Assembly: GCA_050012855.1 (NCBI GenBank)
Contig: JBEKGJ010000019.1
Span: 837-64,836, forward strand
Direction: 5' to 3'
Length of the DNA stretch: 64,000 bases
From: Verrucomicrobiota bacterium
Lineage (GTDB): Bacteria; Verrucomicrobiota; Verrucomicrobiia; Limisphaerales; J093
Shown here: positions 37,941 through 46,766 of the stretch, one piece after another
Layout: each line of letters begins with the position of its first letter
Numbering within the stretch: position 1 is the stretch's first letter
The notes under the pieces: generated by a model
Database searches by the model: none
What the model was told of the DNA's origin: nothing
What the model saw: the letters and a program-made list of their open reading frames with translations, nothing else
Translations under genes and position numbers: made by a program

Positions 37941-38300
37941 TTCGAGCCGGTTGCGGACATCATCCATGCCAAAGGCCTGAAGTTTGGCCTGCACCTCCTG
38001 CGAGGCATCCCCCGCCAGGCTGTGGATCAGAACGTCCCCATCCTGGGCACGAACGTGCGCGCTGCGGAGATCGCCGACAAAAGCTCCGTCTGCTTCTGGA
38101 ACGGCGACATGTACGGGGTGGACATGTCCAAGCCCGGCGCGCAGGAGTACTACAACCTGTGGCGGATCAGTGGCGACTTTGGGGACGATTGGGGGCCGCT
38201 CTACGCGCAGTTCCAACGGCTGAAGGACTGGACCCCATTCCGCGCCCCGGGACACTGGCCCGACGCCGACATGCTCCCGCTGGGCAACATCCGCGCCTGC
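37941..38300 (+). pseudogene. GH27-like alpha-galactosidase internal fragment
   Basis: FEPVADIIHAKGLKFGLHLLRGIPRQAVDQNVPILGT...CFWNGDMYGVDMSKPGAQEYYN / WRISGDFGDDW...PGHWPDADMLPLGNI. Lacks N- and C-terminal parts and has an internal deletion. Joined directly to the LamG remnant. Confidence 0.55.
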
Positions 38301-38474
38301 CATCTGGCTCCCCGCCTCACGATCTTGATCCGCCCGTTAACGTGGCGCGCGGCGCGGGATGAGTCTCTGTAACATTGACCGGTTCTTTCCGGTTTGGAGC
38401 GATTGCGGCCCGCCCTTCGGACCCGGCCGCGCTCCAGGAAGCGCCTTGCCCCAACCGCCTAAATCGGATAAGTC

Positions 38475-40163
38475 GTGGGCATGGAACTCTGTCTGCGCCT
38501 GGCAACCATGTTGCTCGTCGGCACATTTTTGCACCTGGGGCAAACAGGCTTCGCCGCGCCCGCCGCGCCCGGCTCTCCCCCGACGCCGCAGGGCGCCTAC
38601 TTCGCCCGGAAGGCTTATCGAGCGGCGCCGTTGCCCGAGTTCGCCCGGACGCGGGACCTGCTGCCGTCGCCGATCTTGGCGGAGCGGCCGGAGTGGGTGG
38701 CCATGTACTGGAAGGCCTGGGAACTCGCCTTCAAAAACTTCCACGAACCGGCCCCGGGCAGCGGCTACGTTTCGCAATTCATTGACGCCGCTTTCAACCA
38801 GAACATTTTTCAGTGGGACACCTGCTTCATGACGATGTTCTGCAATTACGGGCATCCCCTGGTCCCGGGCATTGGATCGCTCGACAACTTCTACGCCAAG
38901 CAACACGCGGACGGGGAAATCTGCCGGGAAATTGACCGCAGCACGGGCGGCGATTACCGCGAATGGGTCAACCACGAAGACCAACCGCTGTTCAGCCGCT
39001 GGGGGTGGGCTGGCGTTCGTAATGACCCCGTCATTTACCTGGGCCGGCCGGTCCCGGAGCCGCACCCCGTTCTCACGCTCGATGGGCTCAACCACCCGAT
39101 CCTGGCCTGGGCCGAATTGGAGAGTCTCCGCCTTACGGGCGACCGGGAACGGTTGGGCCGCGTCTATGGGCCGCTGGTTCACTACTACCGCGCGCTCGAG
39201 AAATACCTTCGACAAGGCACCGGGCTTTACATGACCGACTGGGCCAGCATGGACAACTCGCCGCGCAACGCCTTCCTGAAAGGCGGCGGCGGCGCCATTG
39301 ACACCTCCAGCCAGATGGTCCTCTTTGCCCGCAACCTCGGCACCATGGCCGCGTTGCTGGGCAAACCCGCCGAGGCGAAGGCGTTCGCCCGCGAGGCCGA
39401 TGAGTTGAGCGCGAAGATCAACAAACAGATGTGGGACTCCCGACGGCACTTCTACTTCGATCTCACGCTCGCCGGTCAACCCGCGACGGTCAAAACCGTG
39501 GCGGGATTCTGGACGCTCATTGCCGGCGTGGCTTCGCCTGCGCGCGCGCAAGACCTGGTGAACGAGCTGAACAATCCGGCGACGTTCAAGCGCCCGCACC
39601 GGGTGCCCACACTCGCCGCCGATCAAGCCGAATACGATCCCGCGGGCGGTTACTGGCGCGGCGCGGTCTGGGCGCCGACGACCACCATGGTGGTGCGCGG
39701 ACTCGAGCGTTACGGGCACACGGCTTTGGCCCGCGAGATTGCCCTGAACCACCTGGAAGTCATGGGCGAGGTGTTTCTGAAGACCGGAACCCTTTGGGAA
39801 AACTACGCGCCCGACGCTCCCAGCCCGGGCAAGCCGGCCAAGCCCGACCTCGTGGGGTGGAGCGGGATCGGGCCAATTCTCTACCTGCTCGAATTTGCCA
39901 TCGGCTTGAAGGCGGACGCCATGGCCAATGAACTGGTTTGGGAAGTTGATTCCGCAAAAGTCGTCGGCTGTGAACGGTTCCGTTTCAACGGGCACATTGT
40001 CTCCCTGAAGGCCGAGCCGGTGGCTGACGACCCTCATCGGCTGACCCTCTCGATCGAATCGGACAGCCCCTTCAAGCTGGTGGTCCGCCATGCCGGACGC
40101 CAGGAGAGTTACTCGGTGGTGCAGGGAAAAAGGAAGCTGGCGTTCCCCACCGCCAGGAATTAA
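38475..40163 (+). CDS. six-hairpin glycoside hydrolase (GH63/MGH1-like, 562 aa, secreted)
   Basis: Signal peptide. FNQNIFQWDTCFMTMF, GGYWRGAVWAPTTTMVVRGLERYG, GTLWENYAPD. An ATG at 38481 is an alternative start. Confidence 0.8.
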   Translation: MGMELCLRLATMLLVGTFLHLGQTGFAAPAAPGSPPTPQGAYFARKAYRAAPLPEFARTRDLLPSPILAERPEWVAMYWKAWELAFKNFHEPAPGSGYVSQFIDAAFNQNIFQWDTCFMTMFCNYGHPLVPGIGSLDNFYAKQHADGEICREIDRSTGGDYREWVNHEDQPLFSRWGWAGVRNDPVIYLGRPVPEPHPVLTLDGLNHPILAWAELESLRLTGDRERLGRVYGPLVHYYRALEKYLRQGTGLYMTDWASMDNSPRNAFLKGGGGAIDTSSQMVLFARNLGTMAALLGKPAEAKAFAREADELSAKINKQMWDSRRHFYFDLTLAGQPATVKTVAGFWTLIAGVASPARAQDLVNELNNPATFKRPHRVPTLAADQAEYDPAGGYWRGAVWAPTTTMVVRGLERYGHTALAREIALNHLEVMGEVFLKTGTLWENYAPDAPSPGKPAKPDLVGWSGIGPILYLLEFAIGLKADAMANELVWEVDSAKVVGCERFRFNGHIVSLKAEPVADDPHRLTLSIESDSPFKLVVRHAGRQESYSVVQGKRKLAFPTARN

Positions 40164-40365
40164 TCCCGGTCCCGGTCCCTTTCCATCCATCAACGCACCG
40201 TCACCGATTTGTGTACGCAGGAAGGGTACTCTGGGAGGCGGTTGGAAACGATCAGATCGCTCAAAGCATACCGGAAAAACTTCCGACTTTCCAACCGGTC
40301 AAATCAAGTAGAAGCGTGCTTCCGCTTTTTCATCTTGCGGTCCATCGAGCTCGCTGATCCCGCGG

Positions 40366-41205
40366 CTACTGCCCCCGAACCGTGGCATGAGTGCGCAGCC
40401 ACTGTAAGTCCAGGTTGTTCGCAGCGACCGGCATGAATTCCCATTTCGTGGCTTGCGTCCCCATTTGTTGCGACCGCAGGACTTCCGGAGTGCGCCACCG
40501 ATGGATCTCCGCGTGACCGTCAGCGAAAGTCAGACCGCCGGATCCGCCGTGGTAGCTGGCGGGCACATTGGGAATCTGGTTCGCGACCATATCGATGGCA
40601 AACTCGCCGTCATCAATGCTGTCATCACGCTCATCCACGAAGACGAGCGCATCGCTGGGGGAAATGCCGGTGATGGTGGCGCTCTTCCGATACGACTGAA
40701 ATCCGTCGTTCCAAGGCTCAGTGCGAAACCCCATCCACACACTCATGGAAACCGTGCGGACGACGGGATAAGTGCCGCTTCCTTCCTTCGCCATGATTTT
40801 GCTGGCCAGGCAGCGATACACGCCCGCCGACTTGGAGTAAGGTCCCAGGACGCCATATTTCGGATCCAACAAGTACACGGTGTTGGTGTTGTCCTGGTTG
40901 TTGACCTGCCGTGGGTCCAGCCAGCCGCTGACCCAGTTGCCAACGTTGGTGACGTGATTTGCCTCATCCTGCCAGTAGTTGCCCGCCAGGAAGTCGTTGT
41001 TGTCGTCGGCGTACATCACCCAGGCGAGCTGCAACTGCTTCAAGTTTCCCAGGCAATGGGCGGCGGTGGCCTTGGCCTTGGCTTTGGCCAGTGCGGGGAG
41101 CAACAGGCCCGCGAGGATCGCGATAATGGCGATGACGACCAGCAACTCGATCAGGGTGAAACCATACCCCCTCCGGGTCGGGGTAGTGGGCGCAGAAAAC
41201 TTCAT
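40366..41205 (-). CDS. prepilin-type N-terminal cleavage/methylation protein with H-X9-DG motif (pseudopilin-like, about 279 aa)
   Basis: [29 protein letters not shown], and [14 protein letters not shown] (H, nine residues, DG). ATG at 41205 preferred over the track start at 41250. Confidence 0.8.
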   Translation of the reverse strand: MKFSAPTTPTRRGYGFTLIELLVVIAIIAILAGLLLPALAKAKAKATAAHCLGNLKQLQLAWVMYADDNNDFLAGNYWQDEANHVTNVGNWVSGWLDPRQVNNQDNTNTVYLLDPKYGVLGPYSKSAGVYRCLASKIMAKEGSGTYPVVRTVSMSVWMGFRTEPWNDGFQSYRKSATITGISPSDALVFVDERDDSIDDGEFAIDMVANQIPNVPASYHGGSGGLTFADGHAEIHRWRTPEVLRSQQMGTQATKWEFMPVAANNLDLQWLRTHATVRGQ

Positions 41206-41416
41206 AACGTGACTCGCACTCGTTGTTGTTGCGTGTGTTTCGCCAAGCATTTACTGGACAGACCGTTGCTTGGCAAGTGTGCATCGTGTGGCACACCAGA
41301 AGAAATTGCCCGGTGGATGTCCCACTGCTCGCGGCCAACCCGTTTCACACGACGGGTATTCCCGGCATGGCGAGCTCGCCCCGGAGAACGGCGCTCACGA
41401 CCACGAACGACGGCGT

Positions 41417-42010
41417 TCACGGGCTGGATTTCGTCACCGGCTCCCCTCGAAGCAGCCTGACTTCGAGGGGGGACAATGTCAGCGAAGTGTCCACTTGACC
41501 GCCGGTCAGAACATCGTGTGCGGAGGCAAACCGTCCACTTTGGCTGAACGTCACGGTCATCGGCTCTCGGCAGTAATTGCACAGGTTCACCACCACGATA
41601 TCACGGGTTTAGGCGCTCCGCCATTCCACGCCCCAGACGGGCAGTTGATCGGCCCCGCGCAGTTCCAATGCCGGGCGGAGGTTCCAAACCGGTAATCGGG
41701 CCGTGAGTTGCGCGTGCACTTCGCGGGCGGAAGTCGAGCCCAGGCGGGAATTGATTCTCTCGGCGGGCAAGCTGGAAGCTCGCGGGCGCTCAAATTCGTC
41801 GCGCGTCAGCAAGTCCCCCTCGCCGATGAGAACAAACCGGCCCTTGAATCGCTTCCGCCCAGGCCGTCGCCTCTGGACAGCGACGAACTTGCGTTCCCGA
41901 GCGGGTTTTTGAAACCGACCCGCTCGGAGTGTTTGGGCTCCCACATTCACGCGCGCCGGCTGCAAAATCGGATACAATTCTGGTGGAGGATTCAAGTCCA
42001 TCCGCGCCAC
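41417..42010 (-). pseudogene. possible glycoside-hydrolase C-terminal remnant with in-frame stop
   Basis: After the TAA at about 41606 the same frame continues: RDIVVVNLCNYCREPMTVTFSQSGRFASAHDVLTGGQVDTSLTLSPLEVRLLRG. This resembles the terminal beta-sandwich of GH13-type enzymes. The assignment is weak. Confidence 0.3.
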
Positions 42011-42203
42011 CTACTCCAGCGCACCCCGCCAGATGTGCTCCCCCATCCGGCTTTCCAGTTCGTGGCTCCCGATGGACGGGCTCAGGCACTCGACTCCACG
42101 CTTGCCGGTGAGCACTGACCGCGAGTGGCCGGTTGCTCCGGTTGGCAGGCCGGGCGCGTCCGATCGATACGGGGCACGGGCCGCTGAAATGGGCCCCTCC
42201 GCG

Positions 42204-42304
42204 CCGGCATGGCATGCCCATGAACGCAGCGCGGCCGATAGCAACATGTCCAAATCAAGAATTGAGTCGTCAAGCGCATGATACTATGGACTGACCCCTC
42301 ACCC
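42204..42304 (+). repeat. about 100-nt interspersed repeat, copy 2
   Basis: CCGGCATGGCATGCCCATGAACGCAGCGCGGCCGATAGCAACATGTCCAAATCAAGAATTGAGTCGTCAAGCGCATGATACTATGGACTGACCCCTCACCC. Confidence 0.85.
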
Positions 42305-42403
42305 ACGGAAATGGCTTGGTCGCCACCGCCTGCTCAAAGACATCGTTGGGGACAATAATTGACTTGACCGTATAGGGATGGATGTTGGAAACAGGAACTG
42401 ATC

Positions 42404-43702
42404 ATGAGGGAAAAAACCGCGCCTCAGAGATTTGTGCTGGTCGTTGCGCTCATCGCGGTGGGCGTTGCCATGCCCGTGCTGTGGTACGGCGCATGCATTG
42501 GACGAGCACCCAGTATTGGGGCACCGGAGGCAAAGCGTCTGGTGAATGGGCAAAAGGCAGTGCTGGTCGACCTCGGCACGGCCTCGGAGTTGGCGGTCTA
42601 TCTCCCGAATCCAGTAAAATGGCCCTTCGAGTCCATCATGGAAACCCAGGTTCTGGATGACGTGCCTGATGAACTGCGCGGCCGGAAGCTACTGTTGGTC
42701 AGCACGGCTGGCATTCAGAGCGCACGCGCTGCGATGCACTTGCAGCGGATCGGAATTGACGCGGCGATGGTGCGCGGCGGCGCCCAGCAATACGCGTGTG
42801 CGGTGCCGGGCTGTTCCAAAGGAATGCTCCTTCGCGGCGACCGGGAGACGGATGCGGACATTCCAGCCTTCCGCGAAGCCACGCTGTATGAACAGTGGGC
42901 GCTGGTGATTTCCTTCTTTGGGATAAAGAGCGTCTATACCCTGATAACCGCGGGCATCGTGCTGATGCTATGGCGGCGACGAGAAGCGGATTTGGCAGCC
43001 ATCCGCTGGTCCATGATCTTGTTCTTTTTGGGCGAGGGCTGCTGCTTCCTGAACGTAATGTTCTTTTTCGAGGATTCCATGCTTCTGGAGCACCTACACG
43101 GTGTCGGCATGGTGCTGTCGCTCGGCTTTGCTTGCTATGGAGTTCTAGAAGGCGTTGACGCCCGGTTTGTCCACTATAGCAGTGATTTGCGTTGTGCCAT
43201 GCTGGGGCTCTGTTGCGTCTGCGACAAGCACGGCGCAACGGGATGCGCGTTGCGAAAGGTGTTTTTGTTATTGATTCCAGCCACGGCAGTCCTGGCGACC
43301 ATGCCGTTGTGCTCCCCGTTCCGGAGCATTGCGTACAATACACGGGTACTTGGCGTGCTGCACAGCTACCGGCATCCAGTCGTTCATCAATTGTATGAAC
43401 TGCGCTACCTGCCGGTGTTGGCCGTGGTCTTGCTCTGCGGATGTTTTGTGATCCTGTCGCTGATCGAGCGACGCCCGCTGCTGTATTCCAAAGTTCTGTT
43501 CTCGGCAGCACTGGGAGCGATGGGTTTCAGCTTGCTGCGGCTCATGCTGGTGGCCCCATTCAGTAACAACCAGGTGTGGTTCGCCTTCTGGGAAGAGGCG
43601 ACCGAGCTGTTATACGTCGGATTGGTTGGTGCGGTGCTGGTGTTTTTTCGGCGCGGATTGCTGGTGAACCCGCGACACAGTGAAGGAGACACGGGCGCAT
43701 GA
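42404..43702 (+). CDS. membrane protein: N-terminal anchor, Cys-less rhodanese-like domain, 7-TM Cys-rich domain (432 aa)
   Basis: The rhodanese-like segment is KAVLVDLGTASE...GRKLLLVSTAGIQSARAAMHLQRIGIDAAMVRGG, with Ser where the catalytic Cys normally sits. Seven hydrophobic helices follow, plus the loop CAMLGLCCVCDKHGATGC. Confidence 0.7.
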   Translation: MREKTAPQRFVLVVALIAVGVAMPVLWYGACIGRAPSIGAPEAKRLVNGQKAVLVDLGTASELAVYLPNPVKWPFESIMETQVLDDVPDELRGRKLLLVSTAGIQSARAAMHLQRIGIDAAMVRGGAQQYACAVPGCSKGMLLRGDRETDADIPAFREATLYEQWALVISFFGIKSVYTLITAGIVLMLWRRREADLAAIRWSMILFFLGEGCCFLNVMFFFEDSMLLEHLHGVGMVLSLGFACYGVLEGVDARFVHYSSDLRCAMLGLCCVCDKHGATGCALRKVFLLLIPATAVLATMPLCSPFRSIAYNTRVLGVLHSYRHPVVHQLYELRYLPVLAVVLLCGCFVILSLIERRPLLYSKVLFSAALGAMGFSLLRLMLVAPFSNNQVWFAFWEEATELLYVGLVGAVLVFFRRGLLVNPRHSEGDTGA

Positions 43703-45960
43703 TGTTTCCTGTACGGCTGCATTTATTTGGCCTGACCATGAGCGCGCACCAGCTCCTGGAACTGTTGGCTTACGGTCTCGGGTTTCAGTTGTATCGGTTC
43801 CTGCGGCGGCGCTGGCCACGGGGCCCCGCCATGACCCTGGAACAGACAGCCTGGGTGGTGGTCGGAGCGATCTTAGGTGCGCTGATCGGGGCCAAGATGC
43901 TGGCCTGGGTCGAATCGTTGCCGGTCTATTGGGCGCACCTCAACGACTGGAGGATTCTCATCGGAGGCAAGACCATCGTTGGGGCGTTGTTGGGGGGCTG
44001 GGCGGGGGTAACCCTGGCCAAGAGCAAGCTGGGCATCGGTCATCCCAGTGGCGATGTCTATGTGTTTCCGGTCATTCTGGGCATGTGCATCGGGCGGATC
44101 GGATGTTTCCTGGCGGGCTTGGAGGATCACACCTATGGCATCGCCACCCGGCTGCCTTGGGGTGTTGATTTTGGAGACGGGATCAGCCGCCATCCTACGC
44201 AGTTGTATGAAATTGCCTTTCTGGTGCCGCTGGCAGGCTGGTTCATGTGGCGGATCAGGACTGGACAGCAGCGGGGATGTATGTTCAGCCAGTTTCTGTT
44301 GGCGTACGTCGTTTTCCGCTTCTTCGTCGAGTTCATCAAACCCCGCTATGTCCTGCCGATGGCGCCGCTGAGCGCCATTCAACTAACCTGCCTTGCGGCA
44401 ATGGTGTACGCGGTTATTCAGTGGAACGCCAACTGTTGCGGCAACGTGGAGTCAGCCGGGAACTGCGGGGAGGTTCAGGACCCGGCGAAGTTCACATGGC
44501 TGTCGGAGGACAAGACATCGCTTCGGACAGATCGTCCGTCCGGCGAAAGCGAGTGCTACGGTTCTCAGGACGGATCGCCGCGGGTGGTCGAAAAGACCAT
44601 GAGTCTCTGCGCCCAATGCCTCCGGAGGATTGAAGCGCAGGTGGTGCTCGAGCACCGCAACGTGTATTTGCAGAAATCCTGCCCTGAACATGGCCCGCAG
44701 CGGGTCTTGATTGCAACCGACAATGCCTACTGGCAGCGCAGCCGCAACCTCTACCGTCAGGCTCCCACATCGCCCCGGCAGCGGAACACGGAGAGGCAGC
44801 ACGGCTGCCCCTGGGATTGCGGTCTCTGTCCCGATCACGAGCAGCACACCTGCCTTGCCGTCGTGGAGATTACCGAGAGATGCGATCTGGGCTGCCCAAT
44901 TTGCTATGCTGCGGCGGAAGCGGGTGGGGCACATCGGTCACTGGCGGAAATCGAGGACATGCTCGATCTCGTTGCGAACCGCGAAAGCAAGGTTGGCGTG
45001 CTGCAGATCAGCGGCGGTGAACCGGCACTGCACCCGGATTTGTTTACGATTCTCGACCGCGTGAAAGCCCGTTCGATTCGTCACCTCATGCTGAATACCA
45101 ACGGCCGCCGCATCGCCCAAGACGAGGAATTCGTCCGCCGTCTCGCCGGTTACATGCCGGGATTCGAGATCTACCTGCAATTCGATTCGTTGGTTCCGGC
45201 GACACTGCAACAGTTGCGCGGCGCTGATTTGACCGGCCTACGGCGCCAAGCCCTCAGGATGTTGAACCGCTATGATCTCGCCACGACACTGGTCGTCATG
45301 CTCGAGAAAGGCCTGAATGACCGGGAAATCGGTGGGATTCTGGATTTCGCCGCCAGTCAGCCATGCGTGCGCGGCGTCACCTTTCAGCCAATCCAGGCCG
45401 CCGGCCGTCTGGAAGGGTTTGACCCCGCCACGGACCGCCTGACGCTGACGGAAGTTCGCAGCGCGATCCTCCACCAGAGCCGCCTCTTCAGCTCGGCGGA
45501 TCTGGTTCCCGTGCCTTGTCATCCGGACGCCCTGACGGCCGGCTACGCTATCCGTCGCGGTGGGAAACTCACCCCGCTGTCGCATTGGGTTGATCCCCAG
45601 TCCCTGCTGGTCAGCCTGGGCGGCAATACGATTGCTTACGAACAGGATCCGAACCTGCGCCAGCACCTACAGTCATGCCTGCGAACCTCCCCGCAGGCGA
45701 TGGCGCGGAAACTGAAGCTGCAATGTTGTCTGCCGCTCCTCCCCGCCGCGGGCTCGCCGATCCAGTACCGAGATGTGTTCCGTGTGGTCATCATGCAATT
45801 CATGGACGCCTGGAGCATGGACCTGCGTTCCTTAAAACGCTCGTGTGTACATATTGCCAGTCCCGCGGGGCGCCTGGCACCGTTTGAAACCTATAATCTG
45901 CTGCACCGTAAGAAGACCTGGAAACCAAAACAACCCACCACGGAGGATCAATATGTCTGA
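43699..45960 (+). CDS. fusion protein: Lgt-like diacylglyceryl-transferase domain plus Tes/MJ0619-type radical SAM domain (753 aa)
   Basis: N-terminal part: IGRIGCFLAGLEDHTYG and GISRHPTQLYEIAFL, which are Lgt hallmarks. C-terminal part: CAQC...CPEHG, CPWDCGLCPDHEQHTC, and VVEITERCDLGCPICYA (CX3CX2C). Also ISGGEPALHPD. The start overlaps the upstream stop (ATGA). Confidence 0.8.
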   Translation: MMFPVRLHLFGLTMSAHQLLELLAYGLGFQLYRFLRRRWPRGPAMTLEQTAWVVVGAILGALIGAKMLAWVESLPVYWAHLNDWRILIGGKTIVGALLGGWAGVTLAKSKLGIGHPSGDVYVFPVILGMCIGRIGCFLAGLEDHTYGIATRLPWGVDFGDGISRHPTQLYEIAFLVPLAGWFMWRIRTGQQRGCMFSQFLLAYVVFRFFVEFIKPRYVLPMAPLSAIQLTCLAAMVYAVIQWNANCCGNVESAGNCGEVQDPAKFTWLSEDKTSLRTDRPSGESECYGSQDGSPRVVEKTMSLCAQCLRRIEAQVVLEHRNVYLQKSCPEHGPQRVLIATDNAYWQRSRNLYRQAPTSPRQRNTERQHGCPWDCGLCPDHEQHTCLAVVEITERCDLGCPICYAAAEAGGAHRSLAEIEDMLDLVANRESKVGVLQISGGEPALHPDLFTILDRVKARSIRHLMLNTNGRRIAQDEEFVRRLAGYMPGFEIYLQFDSLVPATLQQLRGADLTGLRRQALRMLNRYDLATTLVVMLEKGLNDREIGGILDFAASQPCVRGVTFQPIQAAGRLEGFDPATDRLTLTEVRSAILHQSRLFSSADLVPVPCHPDALTAGYAIRRGGKLTPLSHWVDPQSLLVSLGGNTIAYEQDPNLRQHLQSCLRTSPQAMARKLKLQCCLPLLPAAGSPIQYRDVFRVVIMQFMDAWSMDLRSLKRSCVHIASPAGRLAPFETYNLLHRKKTWKPKQPTTEDQYV

Positions 45961-46321
45961 TGATAATACCAACGCTCGAAGGCCTGAAGAACCGCCGGAA
46001 CCGCAAGACAACCCATCGCCTGCTGGGAATCAGATTCCCCCTCCTGAGGACAGGTCTTTCGCTCTACAGATGGTCTTAGGTGTCATTTCGTCGGGGTTGC
46101 TGGCCTCGGGAACGATCGGCTTGATAGTCGTCATAGTGCTTATGCAGCAACGCCTTCCCAATGGTGTGGGTTTCTTGGTATTGACGCTCATCCCGCTCTG
46201 CCTCGGGGTGCTGCTATTTGTCCAGCGACGCAAGTACGGACCGGGATTGGTGCCCGGACTACTCACGGGTGTCGGATTAATGGTCCTGGCCGCGGGACTG
46301 TGCTTTGCCATGGCCAGATAA
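45953..46321 (+). CDS. small membrane protein with Pro/Glu-rich N-terminus and three TM helices (122 aa)
   Basis: The ATG at 45953 lies 8 nt inside the end of the fusion gene. MSDDNTNARRPEEPPEPQDNPSPAGNQIPPPED, then VLGVISSGLLASGTIGLIVVIVL, FLVLTLIPLCLGVLLFV, LLTGVGLMVLAAGLCFAM. Confidence 0.6.
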   Translation: MSDDNTNARRPEEPPEPQDNPSPAGNQIPPPEDRSFALQMVLGVISSGLLASGTIGLIVVIVLMQQRLPNGVGFLVLTLIPLCLGVLLFVQRRKYGPGLVPGLLTGVGLMVLAAGLCFAMAR

Positions 46322-46447
46322 CTCGGGCGTTGGGCTTGCCCGGCAGCGGTCCTGATTTGGGTGCGGCACCGGATTCAACTGTGCGCACGGCATTCGTGCA
46401 GCAACACGCAGCTAGCGATCGTCGAGCTGGAAATGCGGGAAGGGGTC

Positions 46448-46547
46448 GGGAAGGGGTCGGTCCGTAGTATCGTGCTTTTGAGGACTCAATTCTTGATCTT
46501 GGCATATTGCTATCGGCCGGGCTGCGTTCACGGACATGCCATGCCGG
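46448..46547 (-). repeat. about 100-nt interspersed repeat, copy 3 (inverted)
   Basis: The reverse complement reads CCGGCATGGCATGTCCGTGAACGCAGCCCGGCCGATAGCAATATGCCAAGATCAAGAATTGAGTCCTCAAAAGCACGATACTACGGACCGACCCCTTCCC. Confidence 0.85.
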
Positions 46548-46766
46548 GGGCGGGCTTTTCTTCGCGAATCTCGCGCGAGCCGGCCAGATCAGCGGCGCCC
46601 CGACCACGGCACGCCACAGCCGGCAGGGTCACGCTCACCGACAGCGCGGCGAACAGCCCGGTTCGAAGGTGAAGGGGTCTGAAGGGGTCGCCGATTGGCC
46701 GACCTCTTGAAATGACGCATTTGCGCCGGTCCCCACAGGTCTTCGCGGCCTTCCGTCCGCCCGGTG

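Noticed and set aside
38337-40193. 618-aa minus-strand ORF opposite the glycoside hydrolase, and similar plus-strand ORFs (46764-48305, 48579-49823, 49827-50879, 51495-52595) opposite the cyclase and kinase genes
   Set aside because: They are antisense to genes with clear domain signatures, and their translations are low complexity and motif-free.
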